Of a DNA stretch of 64,000 nucleotides, positions 9,925 through 18,785 are shown piece after piece. The stretch spans positions 30,326 through 94,325 of the forward strand of contig CAYMGP010000002.1 of the NCBI GenBank assembly GCA_964390045.1, read 5' to 3'. The stretch comes from an uncultured Spirochaetaceae bacterium (GTDB lineage: Bacteria > Spirochaetota > Spirochaetia > SZUA-6 > DRHE01). Below the pieces are notes generated by a model. It had not been told where the DNA came from, made no database searches, and worked only from the letters and a program-made list of their open reading frames with translations. Made by a program: the position numbers and the translations under genes. The stretch's first letter is position 1, and every line of letters starts with the position of its first letter.

Positions 9925-9991
9925 GTGTGCGCCCTGTGTGCGCCCGGCAGGGCGCACACAGGTAGAAGTGGGGAGAGATTCCCTCTTCTAC
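9925..9991. terminator. two further hairpins between convergent genes (possible bidirectional terminator or REP-like element)
   Basis: Perfect 12-bp stem gtgtgcgccctg (9925-9936) with cagggcgcacac (9948-9959). Second hairpin gtagaag...cttctac at 9962-9991. Confidence 0.4.
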
Positions 9992-9995
9992 CCGA

Positions 9996-10874
9996 TCAAA
10001 ACTCGAAGCGCATGCCTGTTTGCAGCGGTTGAAAACGGTCTCCGAAGCGTTTGAGGAGCTCCGCCTGAGCGCGAAATCCGGTACAGTGGCCGGCAAAGAC
10101 GGATTGGATATCAAGTTTGGCCAATTCCTCTGCGGTCTTGACGATTCTCTGCTCGGAAGCCTCCACAAGGTGAAATCCGCCGATCAGCGCCTCGACCGGC
10201 TGTCCTCCGGTCATCTCCCTGCATTGGCGAACGATGTTCACCACCCCCGCATGACTGCAGCCTGTCACGATGACCGTGCCCTTACCGGCGATTGCGGCGT
10301 ACAGTGAGAGATCATCGGGCATGGTGTCTTCGACGATTTTTCCCTCCTCTATCGTCTGCAAAGCGATTCCTACTTCTTCGAAATCTGTTTTCCTCGCGAT
10401 CTCGCCGCTGGTGAAAAGACCTGGAAGAAGCTGAAGAGGCTCTCTGGTCTCGAAAAGCGTCCCGCCCGCTGCAGCGATCTTCTCCCGAGCATCGCCGGCC
10501 ATCACTCCCACGTGTCTGAGGTAGGGTTTAACTACAAAGTTCAGACGAAACAGATCTGGGTGAACGATCACAGGCAGATCGTTTTTCTCCGTCTGCTTGA
10601 GGATTTCCACGAGTCCCTGGGTATGATCGTAGTGGCAGTGGGTGATCACGACTGTATCGATGGACTGCGGCGCAATGCCGAGCAGCGACATGTTTTCCAG
10701 CAGGGCCCGGGGATTTTGGGCTACGTCTACCAATATCTTTCTTGTCACAGAATCGCTCTGGGCCTCGAGAAACAGCGCTATTCCGTGCTGACCCAGGTAG
10801 GGGCTTTCGTAGAGGACTGAATCTTCTGCAAGAACCGTAATGGACAGCTTTTCCAACTTTCCTTCTTTATTCAT
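9996..10874 (-). CDS. MBL-fold metallo-hydrolase (COG1237-like)
   Basis: 292 aa with metal motif VITHCHYDHTQG and later conserved H/D positions (TGCSHAG). Confidence 0.65.
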   Translation of the reverse strand: MNKEGKLEKLSITVLAEDSVLYESPYLGQHGIALFLEAQSDSVTRKILVDVAQNPRALLENMSLLGIAPQSIDTVVITHCHYDHTQGLVEILKQTEKNDLPVIVHPDLFRLNFVVKPYLRHVGVMAGDAREKIAAAGGTLFETREPLQLLPGLFTSGEIARKTDFEEVGIALQTIEEGKIVEDTMPDDLSLYAAIAGKGTVIVTGCSHAGVVNIVRQCREMTGGQPVEALIGGFHLVEASEQRIVKTAEELAKLDIQSVFAGHCTGFRAQAELLKRFGDRFQPLQTGMRFEF

Positions 10875-10938
10875 CTTGAACCACCTTCGTTGTCGGTAAT
10901 AGGTATGCTCACCTTTATAAAACCGGGGACCGGGAAAG

Positions 10939-11340
10939 TCAAGGAAAGGGTCTGCCGAGAAGGGAGGTAACAGTTTTCAAGAGGTCATCTCTGCTGAAAG
11001 GCTTGAGGATAAGACCGCTGCAGCCTGCCCGGCGAAAACGATCATCATCCTCCGGAAGAGATCCGGCGCTCAGAATCACGATGGGAATATGCTTCGTTGC
11101 TTCCTCTGCCTTGAGAGCTTCTGTTGCCTCCAGTCCACTCATGCCCGGAAGCTGGATATCCATGAGAATGAGATCCGGTTGTTCTTGTCTTGTCAGCCTC
11201 AGGGCAGTCTCGCCGTCCGCAGCTTCGACAACCCCAATGTTCTCGAGATCGAGAATCGCGCGGATCAGTTTACGGTTCAGCTCTTCATCATCAACGACGA
11301 GAACGGTTTTCTCAGCTGTTGCTTCACGTTCCTGCATCAT
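10939..11340 (-). CDS. single-domain response regulator (CheY-like receiver)
   Basis: 133 aa with LVVDDEELNRKL, LILMDIQLPGMSG and LILKPF receiver motifs. Confidence 0.85.
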   Translation of the reverse strand: MMQEREATAEKTVLVVDDEELNRKLIRAILDLENIGVVEAADGETALRLTRQEQPDLILMDIQLPGMSGLEATEALKAEEATKHIPIVILSAGSLPEDDDRFRRAGCSGLILKPFSRDDLLKTVTSLLGRPFP

Positions 11341-11352
11341 CTCCTCCCGTGT

Positions 11353-12828
11353 TCAGAGCACGAGATCTTTGAGCTCGTCTACGACGAGCCCGTCAAGTTT
11401 CCCCGTCTTTACTTCATCCCGAAGGATCTCCAGCGCCTTGTCCTTCGTCAAGGCTTTTCTGTATGGCCGCTCGGTGGCAAGTGCGTCGTAGATATCTACA
11501 ACGCACATGATCCTCGCCGCTAGAGAGATCTCTTCGCCTTTCAATCCGTCCGGATAGGAGGATCCGTCGAGCTTTTCATGATGGTGACGTACCACATCGA
11601 GAGCCAGACCGAGGGTTGACTTCATGGGCAAACAGATCCGGTACCCGATAACAGGATGGTTTTTCATAACCTCCCACTCTCGTTCGTTCAGCTTGCCCGG
11701 TTTGTTGAGGATCTCTTCGGAGATGCCTATCTTGCCGACATCGTGCAGGATGCCTCCGATCCGCAGCGCGAAGATCTCCTTCTCGCTCAGCTGCAACCGT
11801 TCGCCGAGGGCCACGGCCAGGTTGGCTACCCTCTGGGTGTGTCTCAACGTGTAATTATCCTTTGCCTCTACGGCGCTGGCCAGGGAAAACAGGGCACTTT
11901 CGATGCTGATCAGGTTCTTGTTCAGCTCCCGCACTCCGATCAAGGCCCGGGTTCGGGCAAGGAGCTCTTCACGATTGGCAGGTTTGGTAATGAAATCATC
12001 AGCTCCCGCCTCGATACCCCGCACCTTTGCATCGACGTCGTCGAGGGCGGTAATCAAAATCACAGGCACAAACCTGGTGCTGTCTCTTTCTTTTATCCGT
12101 TTGCACACCTCGTAGCCGTCGAGCCCCGGCATCATGATGTCGAGCAAAAGCAGATCCACATCTGTCTGGCTTACGAGAGTCAAAGCTTCTTCTCCGCTGA
12201 AGGTTTTCAGTACTTTGTAGCCCTGGGGCAGAAGGTAGGATTCCAGGAGCTTGACGTTTCTATGATCGTCGTCAACGACAAGGACACTTGGCTTTTCTTC
12301 CTTTACGTTCTTCGCCGGTCTGGTGAAATAGTAGACCCGATGTTTCCCCTTTGCCTGCCCGAGGGCTTCCATGGTTTTTCGCAGCAAACCCTCCCTATCG
12401 GAAGCATCGAAGGGAAAAGAGACCATGCCCGCAGCAATGGACAGAGAGTGGGGAAAATGCCTTTCCACGGCTCGTCGAATGCGCTCTCCGGCGACGTGGG
12501 CAACCTCGGCCGAGGTCTTCAACAACAGGAGGGCGAAAAGATTGGCAGAGCAGCGGCAGGCTATGTCTACCTCCCTGATGTTTCCCTGAATCAGGCCTCC
12601 TACTTTACTGAGGTTTTCCTCGTTCAGGGCGGAGTGATCCTCCTCATCGTTCCCGAAGTCGTTGAGCTCGAGAAAGGCAACGGTGAAGGGATCGCCGCTG
12701 CGCTGCGAGCGGAGCAGCTCTCTGTCCAATTCGAGCAGAAAGAATTGATGCACGAAAAGACCGGTGACCGGATCTACGAAATTTTTTTCAGGCTTAGTCT
12801 CGTAAGCCCACTCGATGTCTTGTACCAT
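11353..12828 (-). CDS. degenerate-GGDEF / receiver / HD-GYP c-di-GMP phosphodiesterase
   Basis: aa 20-170 are GGDEF-like (DPVTGLF.., [14 protein letters not shown] in place of RxxD..GGDEF). REC domain ([27 protein letters not shown]). HD-GYP domain ([22 protein letters not shown]). Confidence 0.8.
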   Translation of the reverse strand: MVQDIEWAYETKPEKNFVDPVTGLFVHQFFLLELDRELLRSQRSGDPFTVAFLELNDFGNDEEDHSALNEENLSKVGGLIQGNIREVDIACRCSANLFALLLLKTSAEVAHVAGERIRRAVERHFPHSLSIAAGMVSFPFDASDREGLLRKTMEALGQAKGKHRVYYFTRPAKNVKEEKPSVLVVDDDHRNVKLLESYLLPQGYKVLKTFSGEEALTLVSQTDVDLLLLDIMMPGLDGYEVCKRIKERDSTRFVPVILITALDDVDAKVRGIEAGADDFITKPANREELLARTRALIGVRELNKNLISIESALFSLASAVEAKDNYTLRHTQRVANLAVALGERLQLSEKEIFALRIGGILHDVGKIGISEEILNKPGKLNEREWEVMKNHPVIGYRICLPMKSTLGLALDVVRHHHEKLDGSSYPDGLKGEEISLAARIMCVVDIYDALATERPYRKALTKDKALEILRDEVKTGKLDGLVVDELKDLVL

Positions 12829-12840
12829 GCTTTGTTCTCC

Positions 12841-14643
12841 TCACGGGCCAAATGTAACGGGAAGCTCGACTGTAAAAGAGATTCCGGTCTCCTTTCCACG
12901 GCACCGGGCGTGGATTTCCCCCCCCTGCAGCTTCACCAGGCGCTTTGCCAGGACCAGCCCGCTGCCCCGGGCCAAGTTGAAGTGATCGGTATCTGTTTTG
13001 ACCTGTTCAAAGGGCTTGAAGATTCCCTCGAGAGCCGCCTCATCGATATTGACGTCGGCACAATCTACATGAAGCTCGAGCCTCTGATTTTCTGGGCGGC
13101 CTTGTTCTTTTACCCGAGCCCTTACTCGAACGCTGCCGCCGTCCGGAGTAAGAGCAACCGCCTTGCTGACTAGGTTGAAGAGGATCTGTTTGACCTTGCG
13201 TACATCGAGCATAAGATTTTCCGGCAGGGATTCTTTTTCCAGCTCTACGTTGATTTTGTGTTTGATGGCCTTCTCCCTGACGAGCTTCAAGGTTGCATCC
13301 AGAGTTTCGGGAAGGTAGGTGGGTGTACGCTGAACCGACAGCATCCCTGTATCGATCTTCGTGATTTCGAGAATGTCGTTGATCAGATTCAACAAATTTT
13401 TTCCACTGTCGAGCACATCACGAAGATACTCTGCCTGGGTTGTCGTGAGCTTTCCCACCTGTTCATCGACCAACAATTCCGTGAAGCCGATGATCTGATG
13501 CAGGGGTGTGCGCAGCTCGTGACTCATGTTGGCGAGGAACTCGCTCTTTGCCTGATTGGCCGCCTCGGCCAGAGCCTTGGCCTCTTTGAGGTTTTCCTCA
13601 GCCAGGGTGCGTTCCGTGATATCCCGGAACACCAGCACCTGGCTGACCGGCCTGTCCTGCTGGAATACCCACGATCTGCGCAGACTGTAGCTCCGTCGCT
13701 CCCCGGAAGTTCTCATGATGATTTCTTTTTCCGTTTGCTTGGGGGTCGGGGGGATGTTCTCGAGGTCCAACAATCCGCCGGGAAGCAGTTCCCGCAGCGG
13801 CCGGCTGACGAGTTTTTGTCCTTCCTGTTTGAAGATGTCTTTGGCCGCCGAATTGAGCGAGACGACACTTCCTCTTAGATCGGCCACGATCACACCGTCG
13901 CCCATGCTGCCGACCGCCATTTCGTAAGAGGCGGGTACGATGTTCCCAAACCTGTAATAGAGAACGTTCCAGGTTATCAGCAGTCCTGTGACAAGGAAGC
14001 CGAAAGGAGTTAAATCAAGCCAATGAAACGGCTTGATGTTCAGCAGGTCGAATACGCTGCCTATCCAGGGAAAAGCCACGCCGAGGATCAGGAGGCCCGT
14101 CTGTTTTCGTTCGTTTCGTGACGAGCGAATATAGATCCGCACAAGGAGGACCGTTCCTATCACCAGCAGCAGGTACGTGTAGGACATGATGAAATAGAAC
14201 CAGGGTCCCCAGGAACGGGACAGGATTACGAAAGGTCCCGAGGAATCCAGATAGGCGTCTCGCATAATGAGATGGTGCCAGCGGTTTGTGAACACCAGGC
14301 CGATCGTCGCTGCCGGTGCAAGGCTCAGGGCAATGATGACTTCTTTTCGCAGCCAGCGGCCGAGACCGGAATAGGTGGTGATAAAGGCGACCCAGCAAAG
14401 GGAGATAAAGGCACCGGCGATGAATTGCAGGTTCTGGGCCAGAATCTTGGGGAAAAGCCCGGTTGCGGTGAGCTCCATGGCGTAGCCGAACATCCAGAGG
14501 CTCAAGTCCCACAGCAGCACAGCGGCGTAGCGGTTGCGGGCGATCGTTCGCCGCCAGATCAAGATTCCGCAGGTAAGGGTTATGGAAGCAGCCAGGAGGA
14601 GCGGCACCGTGTAAGGTGTGTATTGCCAGGACAAAACGTTCAT
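12841..14643 (-). CDS. sensor histidine kinase with N-terminal 7TM domain and PAS domain
   Basis: 600 aa. About seven N-terminal hydrophobic helices, a PAS-like segment, H-box MSHELRTPL, and a HATPase_c C-terminus (GSGLVLAKRLV). Confidence 0.85.
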   Translation of the reverse strand: MNVLSWQYTPYTVPLLLAASITLTCGILIWRRTIARNRYAAVLLWDLSLWMFGYAMELTATGLFPKILAQNLQFIAGAFISLCWVAFITTYSGLGRWLRKEVIIALSLAPAATIGLVFTNRWHHLIMRDAYLDSSGPFVILSRSWGPWFYFIMSYTYLLLVIGTVLLVRIYIRSSRNERKQTGLLILGVAFPWIGSVFDLLNIKPFHWLDLTPFGFLVTGLLITWNVLYYRFGNIVPASYEMAVGSMGDGVIVADLRGSVVSLNSAAKDIFKQEGQKLVSRPLRELLPGGLLDLENIPPTPKQTEKEIIMRTSGERRSYSLRRSWVFQQDRPVSQVLVFRDITERTLAEENLKEAKALAEAANQAKSEFLANMSHELRTPLHQIIGFTELLVDEQVGKLTTTQAEYLRDVLDSGKNLLNLINDILEITKIDTGMLSVQRTPTYLPETLDATLKLVREKAIKHKINVELEKESLPENLMLDVRKVKQILFNLVSKAVALTPDGGSVRVRARVKEQGRPENQRLELHVDCADVNIDEAALEGIFKPFEQVKTDTDHFNLARGSGLVLAKRLVKLQGGEIHARCRGKETGISFTVELPVTFGP

Positions 14644-14727
14644 TTTCCGTTGCCGAATTATAGCCTGAACGGATAAGAAGAAAGAATACCCGTCTCCTTG
14701 TAATTGTCTTAAAAATGCCCGCCCCGG

Positions 14728-15318
14728 TCAGCGGACAAGCAGAGCGGCCAGGGGTATATAGACCCCCGCTTTGACAAGCACCCCGAGCATTACGTACACC
14801 CACGGCCGGGCTTCTTCCATTTTCTGGAGACCTACGGCGATAAGGGCGATCTCCCAGAGGGAGATGAAGGTGTGAATGAGGGGCGTAAAGCCCCCGCCGT
14901 AGGTATTCAGGGCGATGCTCGTCCAGTCGACAAGCCAGGTTACCGGCATGGGAATCAGCAGTCCGAATCCAACCACGTTCAGGATCCAATCGAAGTCGCT
15001 CTCCTTGCCCATCCCCCGCAGGATCAGGTGAACCAGAGCGCTCGCCAGCAGCCAGCAGGCAATCCCGAAAAGAGGAAGGAAGAAGATCTCGGCTGAGTAG
15101 TACTGCTCATTCGGCAGGAAGGTGAGGTACGACGGGTAGAAGGGAGTACGACCGAGAAGGCGGAGCAAGAGGATCGAGGTGAGGGAGGTAATCAGAAAAC
15201 GAATGCATATCGCCCAGAAACCCCAATTGGGAGCAGGCTTTGGCTGCAGTCTCGTAAATGCCCGGGAAGGATTGACGATTCCCAGCAGCCAGATTCGTAT
15301 GAAGCGCATCGTCCACAT
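14728..15318 (-). CDS. Yip1-family integral membrane protein
   Basis: 196 aa. N-terminal ..NPSRAFTRL.. segment followed by about five TM helices. Family assignment is from pattern recognition only. Confidence 0.5.
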   Translation of the reverse strand: MWTMRFIRIWLLGIVNPSRAFTRLQPKPAPNWGFWAICIRFLITSLTSILLLRLLGRTPFYPSYLTFLPNEQYYSAEIFFLPLFGIACWLLASALVHLILRGMGKESDFDWILNVVGFGLLIPMPVTWLVDWTSIALNTYGGGFTPLIHTFISLWEIALIAVGLQKMEEARPWVYVMLGVLVKAGVYIPLAALLVR

Positions 15319-15366
15319 TGAACACGCTATAGGCGAATTGTGCTACCCCGAGGTATTATCTGTGTT

Positions 15367-16377
15367 ATGAAGACCTTCTACAACGAAGCGGAGAGCTATG
15401 TCGATGAGATGCTGGATGGTATCGTCGCAGCCCATCCGGACCAGCTGAAACTTGTGCAGGGTGAGAAACGTTCCGTGATGCGAGCGGACGGCCCCGTGGC
15501 GGGCAAGGTCAGTATCGTGACAGGCGGCGGTTCCGGCCACCTGCCCGTATTCATGGGCTATGTAGGCCGGGGCCTGCTGGACGGAGCGGCCATCGGTAAT
15601 GTTTTCGCCTCTCCGAGCATGAACCAGATGCTGACCCTGACGAGGGCTGTGCACGGCGGCAAAGGCGTGCTGTACCTCTATGGGAACTACGGCGGTGATG
15701 TGATGAACTTCGACATGGCTGCCGAAATGGCCGAGGACGACGGAATCGAGGTGCAGACGGTGCTGGTCGCCGATGATACGGCTTCGGCGCCGAAGGGCAG
15801 CGAGGACGATCGCCGGGGTGTAGCAGGTCTGTTCTACGCCTATAAGGTAGCGGGAGCTTGTGCCGACGAGGGCACGCCCCTCGAGGAGGTAGCGGACACG
15901 ACACGGAGGGCCCTGGGCCAGATCCGCTCAATCGGAGTGGCGATATCTCCCTGTGAAATCCCCGGCGCGGGAAAGCCATCCTTCACCCTGTTGGACGACG
16001 AGATGGAGGTCGGGATGGGCATTCACGGCGAGGCCGGGATCCATCGGGGCCCGAGGAAATCCGCCGACGAGGTCAGCCAAAACATGATGGCCCTGCTGCT
16101 CGAGGACCTCCCCTGTGCATTGGGAGATACAGTGTCGGTGCTGGTAAACAGCCTCGGCGCAACACCTCTCGAGGAGCTGTACATCATCTACAGAAAAGCG
16201 GCTCAGATTCTATCCGAGCGCAAGGTGACGGTGTATCGACCCTTCGTGGGCCGCTACGCCACCTCGATGGAGATGGCCGGGTTCTCCATCACCCTATTTC
16301 GTCTGAACGAGAAATACAAGAAGTATCTCGATCACCCTGTTTGGACACCGTTCATCAAGGAAGGACACAGAGGATGA
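15367..16377 (+). CDS. dhaK: dihydroxyacetone kinase subunit DhaK
   Basis: MKTFYNEAESYVDEMLDGIV start and GGGSGHLP motif. ATG at 15367 preferred over the upstream ORF-track start at 15340. Confidence 0.85.
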   Translation: MKTFYNEAESYVDEMLDGIVAAHPDQLKLVQGEKRSVMRADGPVAGKVSIVTGGGSGHLPVFMGYVGRGLLDGAAIGNVFASPSMNQMLTLTRAVHGGKGVLYLYGNYGGDVMNFDMAAEMAEDDGIEVQTVLVADDTASAPKGSEDDRRGVAGLFYAYKVAGACADEGTPLEEVADTTRRALGQIRSIGVAISPCEIPGAGKPSFTLLDDEMEVGMGIHGEAGIHRGPRKSADEVSQNMMALLLEDLPCALGDTVSVLVNSLGATPLEELYIIYRKAAQILSERKVTVYRPFVGRYATSMEMAGFSITLFRLNEKYKKYLDHPVWTPFIKEGHRG

Positions 16378-17036
16378 GCGTGAAGCTGTCACTCCAGAGA
16401 GTCCAGGATATCCTGAAAGAGCTGTCCCGCGTATTCGCGGAGAACAAGGATTATTTGAACGACCTGGACACGAAAATCGGGGACGGAGACCACGGCCTGT
16501 CCATGTCGAGGGGATTTTCGGCGGTGGTCAGCTTCCTCAATGAAAGAAAGCCGGAAACCATAAGCAGCACGTTCATCGACGGGGGGATGCAGTTCAACGA
16601 AGCTGCCGGCTCCACAATCGGCATTCTCATGTTTTCTGCCATGCGTGAGGCCGGCAAAACAGCAGTTGATAAGAAAAGGCTTGGACTGGCCGATCTCAAA
16701 TCCATGCTTGAAGCGGCCGTTCGGGGTATCCAGAAGCGGGGAAAGGCAGAGCCTGGACAAAAGACGATTTTGGACTCTCTTCATCCTGCGCTGAAAGCCC
16801 TGGAGGAAGGATTGAAAGGTTCTGTCCCCGAAGAGATGAACCTGGTGAAGGACGTGATGGCGGCGGCCGCAGATGGAGCTGAGCATACTCGAGAGCTGGA
16901 ATCCCGCATTGGCAGGGCTAAGTGGTTTTCCGAGCGCAGCCGGGGCGAAATCGATCCAGGAGCGGTGTCAGGCTACCTGATCATCAAGACCGTCGGAGAG
17001 TATTTGCTTAAGTACCATGGGGGCCCTCTTGGGTAA
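16374..17036 (+). CDS. dhaL: dihydroxyacetone kinase subunit DhaL
   Basis: ATGA overlap with the dhaK stop. Motif KIGDGDHG typical of the DAK2 nucleotide-binding domain. Confidence 0.85.
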   Translation: MSVKLSLQRVQDILKELSRVFAENKDYLNDLDTKIGDGDHGLSMSRGFSAVVSFLNERKPETISSTFIDGGMQFNEAAGSTIGILMFSAMREAGKTAVDKKRLGLADLKSMLEAAVRGIQKRGKAEPGQKTILDSLHPALKALEEGLKGSVPEEMNLVKDVMAAAADGAEHTRELESRIGRAKWFSERSRGEIDPGAVSGYLIIKTVGEYLLKYHGGPLG

Positions 17037-17421
17037 GCTCGGTCAGCACGCCGGCCGATGATTTGGGGTGCAGGAAGGCGATGCGGGAGCCATGGGCTCC
17101 GCTGCGCGGGGTTTCGTCGATCATCCGAATTTGGCTGTCTTTCAGCTCTTCGATCTGCCGTTCGATATCGTCCACCTGATAGGAGAGGTGATGCAATCCC
17201 TCTCCCCGTTTTTCTATCGCCTTGGCGATCGGGCTGTCAGGCCCGGTAGGCTCGAGAAGCTCGATATTAACCTCTCCCACCCGGAACACGGCCAGGCGAA
17301 CCATCTGGTCTGCGACCGTTTCCGTTCCCCCGTACTGTAGTTTCAGCACGTCTCGATAGAAGGGTATGTGCTTTTCGAGCGAGTGGACCGCGACGGCTAT
17401 GTGGTTTATCTTTTCAATCAT
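17008..17421 (-). CDS. mce: methylmalonyl-CoA epimerase (VOC/glyoxalase fold)
   Basis: 137 aa. MIEKINHIAVAVHSLEKHIPFYRDVL.. and ..GLHHLSYQVDDI.. fit the family. Sits in the mutase operon. Confidence 0.8.
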   Translation of the reverse strand: MIEKINHIAVAVHSLEKHIPFYRDVLKLQYGGTETVADQMVRLAVFRVGEVNIELLEPTGPDSPIAKAIEKRGEGLHHLSYQVDDIERQIEELKDSQIRMIDETPRSGAHGSRIAFLHPKSSAGVLTELTQEGPHGT

Positions 17422-18370
17422 CTTTGCCCTCCTTGAGGAAGTGTTGCAGCTGTTCGTTTATCAACCTGTAGGGCCTCGCCTCACGGCTGTACAGGCTGTC
17501 CACCCAGCCTTTGAGTTGTTTGGAGAACTCTATATGAACGTCCATCAGCTCGTGTATCTTGAGGCTGAAGGCCCCCTCGAGCTCCTTCTCGAGGCGGTAC
17601 TTGCGCTTGTTCTCCAACTCACCGCAGCGGCGCAGCCCATCGCTGTAGGAGGTAACCGCCTCGGCAAGCTCCTCGATACCTTGGTCGTAAGCCGCACTGG
17701 TCATGACTACGGGATTGTCGATCTCCCCGCTGTTCGGTTTTTTGAAGCTGAGGACGTACTCCACCTCGGCGCGCAGCTTATCGGCTCCGGGCAGATCCTT
17801 CTTGTTGATCACGAACAGATCTCCGATCTCCATTACACCGGCTTTCATGGCTTGGATTTCGTCCCCCGCACCGGGCATGAGCACGAGTAGAACGATATCG
17901 GAAAGCTCGACGATTTTTACCTCTGTCTGGCCTACGCCGATCGTCTCGACGAAGATAGTATCGTAGCCGGCTGCATCGAGAACCTTCAGGGCGTCCCCGC
18001 TGGCAGCGGCCACACCGCCGAGAAATCCGCGCGAGGCCATGGAGCGTATAAATACACCGGGGTCTGTTGCGTGGTTCTGCATGCGTAACCGATCCCCCAG
18101 AATGGCGCCTCCGGAAAAAGGCGAACTTGGGTCCACAGCAATGACTGCGACCCTGTGGCCCGCTTTCCGTTCCCTGGCAATCATTCTGTCCACCAGCGTG
18201 CTTTTACCCGCTCCGGGACTTCCCGTCACCCCCAGGATAAGAGAGCTGCCCGTATGGGGAAACAAAGCATCCACCAGTTCTTCCGCTTCAGGCTCTGAGT
18301 TTTCAATCAGGGTGATAGCCCGGGCAATGGCCCGGATGTCTCCCCGGCGAATTTCCTCTGCGCGGACCAT
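17414..18370 (-). CDS. meaB: methylmalonyl-CoA mutase-associated GTPase MeaB/ArgK
   Basis: 318 aa with Walker A GSPGAGKST and later NKKD (FVINKKD) G4 motif. Confidence 0.85.
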   Translation of the reverse strand: MVRAEEIRRGDIRAIARAITLIENSEPEAEELVDALFPHTGSSLILGVTGSPGAGKSTLVDRMIARERKAGHRVAVIAVDPSSPFSGGAILGDRLRMQNHATDPGVFIRSMASRGFLGGVAAASGDALKVLDAAGYDTIFVETIGVGQTEVKIVELSDIVLLVLMPGAGDEIQAMKAGVMEIGDLFVINKKDLPGADKLRAEVEYVLSFKKPNSGEIDNPVVMTSAAYDQGIEELAEAVTSYSDGLRRCGELENKRKYRLEKELEGAFSLKIHELMDVHIEFSKQLKGWVDSLYSREARPYRLINEQLQHFLKEGKDD

Positions 18371-18373
18371 GAA

Positions 18374-18775
18374 CTAGGAGCTCTCTCTACTGTTTTCGAG
18401 GAACTCGACGATTTGTTCTGTGCTTGTGCCCGGCCCGAAAACAGCCAGGACCCCTCTGTCTTTTAGAAAAGAGATGTCCTCGCTCGGGATTATCCCTCCC
18501 CCGATGACCTTGATATCTGCCGCTCCCTTGTCCTTCAGCAGATCCACTACCCGGGGAAAAAGCTCTTTGTGGGCTCCCGAGAGCAAACTCAGGCCTACGA
18601 AATCCACATCTTCCTGTATTGCGGTTTGGGCGATGGCTTCCGGAGTTTGACGGATTCCTGTGTAGATGACCTCGTAGCCCTGGTCCCTCAGGGCCCGGGC
18701 GATAAATTTGGCACCGCGGTCATGACCATCCAGGCCCGGCTTTGCTATGAGAATCCGTGTCTTCTTTTTCGGCAT
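18374..18775 (-). CDS. methylmalonyl-CoA mutase, cobalamin-binding small subunit
   Basis: B12-binding DxHxxG motif ([10 protein letters not shown]). Start at [14 protein letters not shown] chosen, because the ORF-track 5' extension would overlap the upstream gene. Confidence 0.85.
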   Translation of the reverse strand: MPKKKTRILIAKPGLDGHDRGAKFIARALRDQGYEVIYTGIRQTPEAIAQTAIQEDVDFVGLSLLSGAHKELFPRVVDLLKDKGAADIKVIGGGIIPSEDISFLKDRGVLAVFGPGTSTEQIVEFLENSRESS

Positions 18776-18785
18776 CTTTTTCTCC

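Noticed and set aside
11656-13173. 505-aa plus-strand ORF across the HD-GYP and kinase genes
   Set aside because: It spans two well-supported minus-strand genes and their intergenic gap, and its translation has no recognisable domains. Shadow ORF.
17008-17036. 29-nt convergent overlap of the dhaL and mce 3' ends
   Set aside because: Both C-termini are in frame with well-supported genes. The overlap may simply reflect slightly extended tails. I see no structural or regulatory signal and have no way to test antisense effects here.
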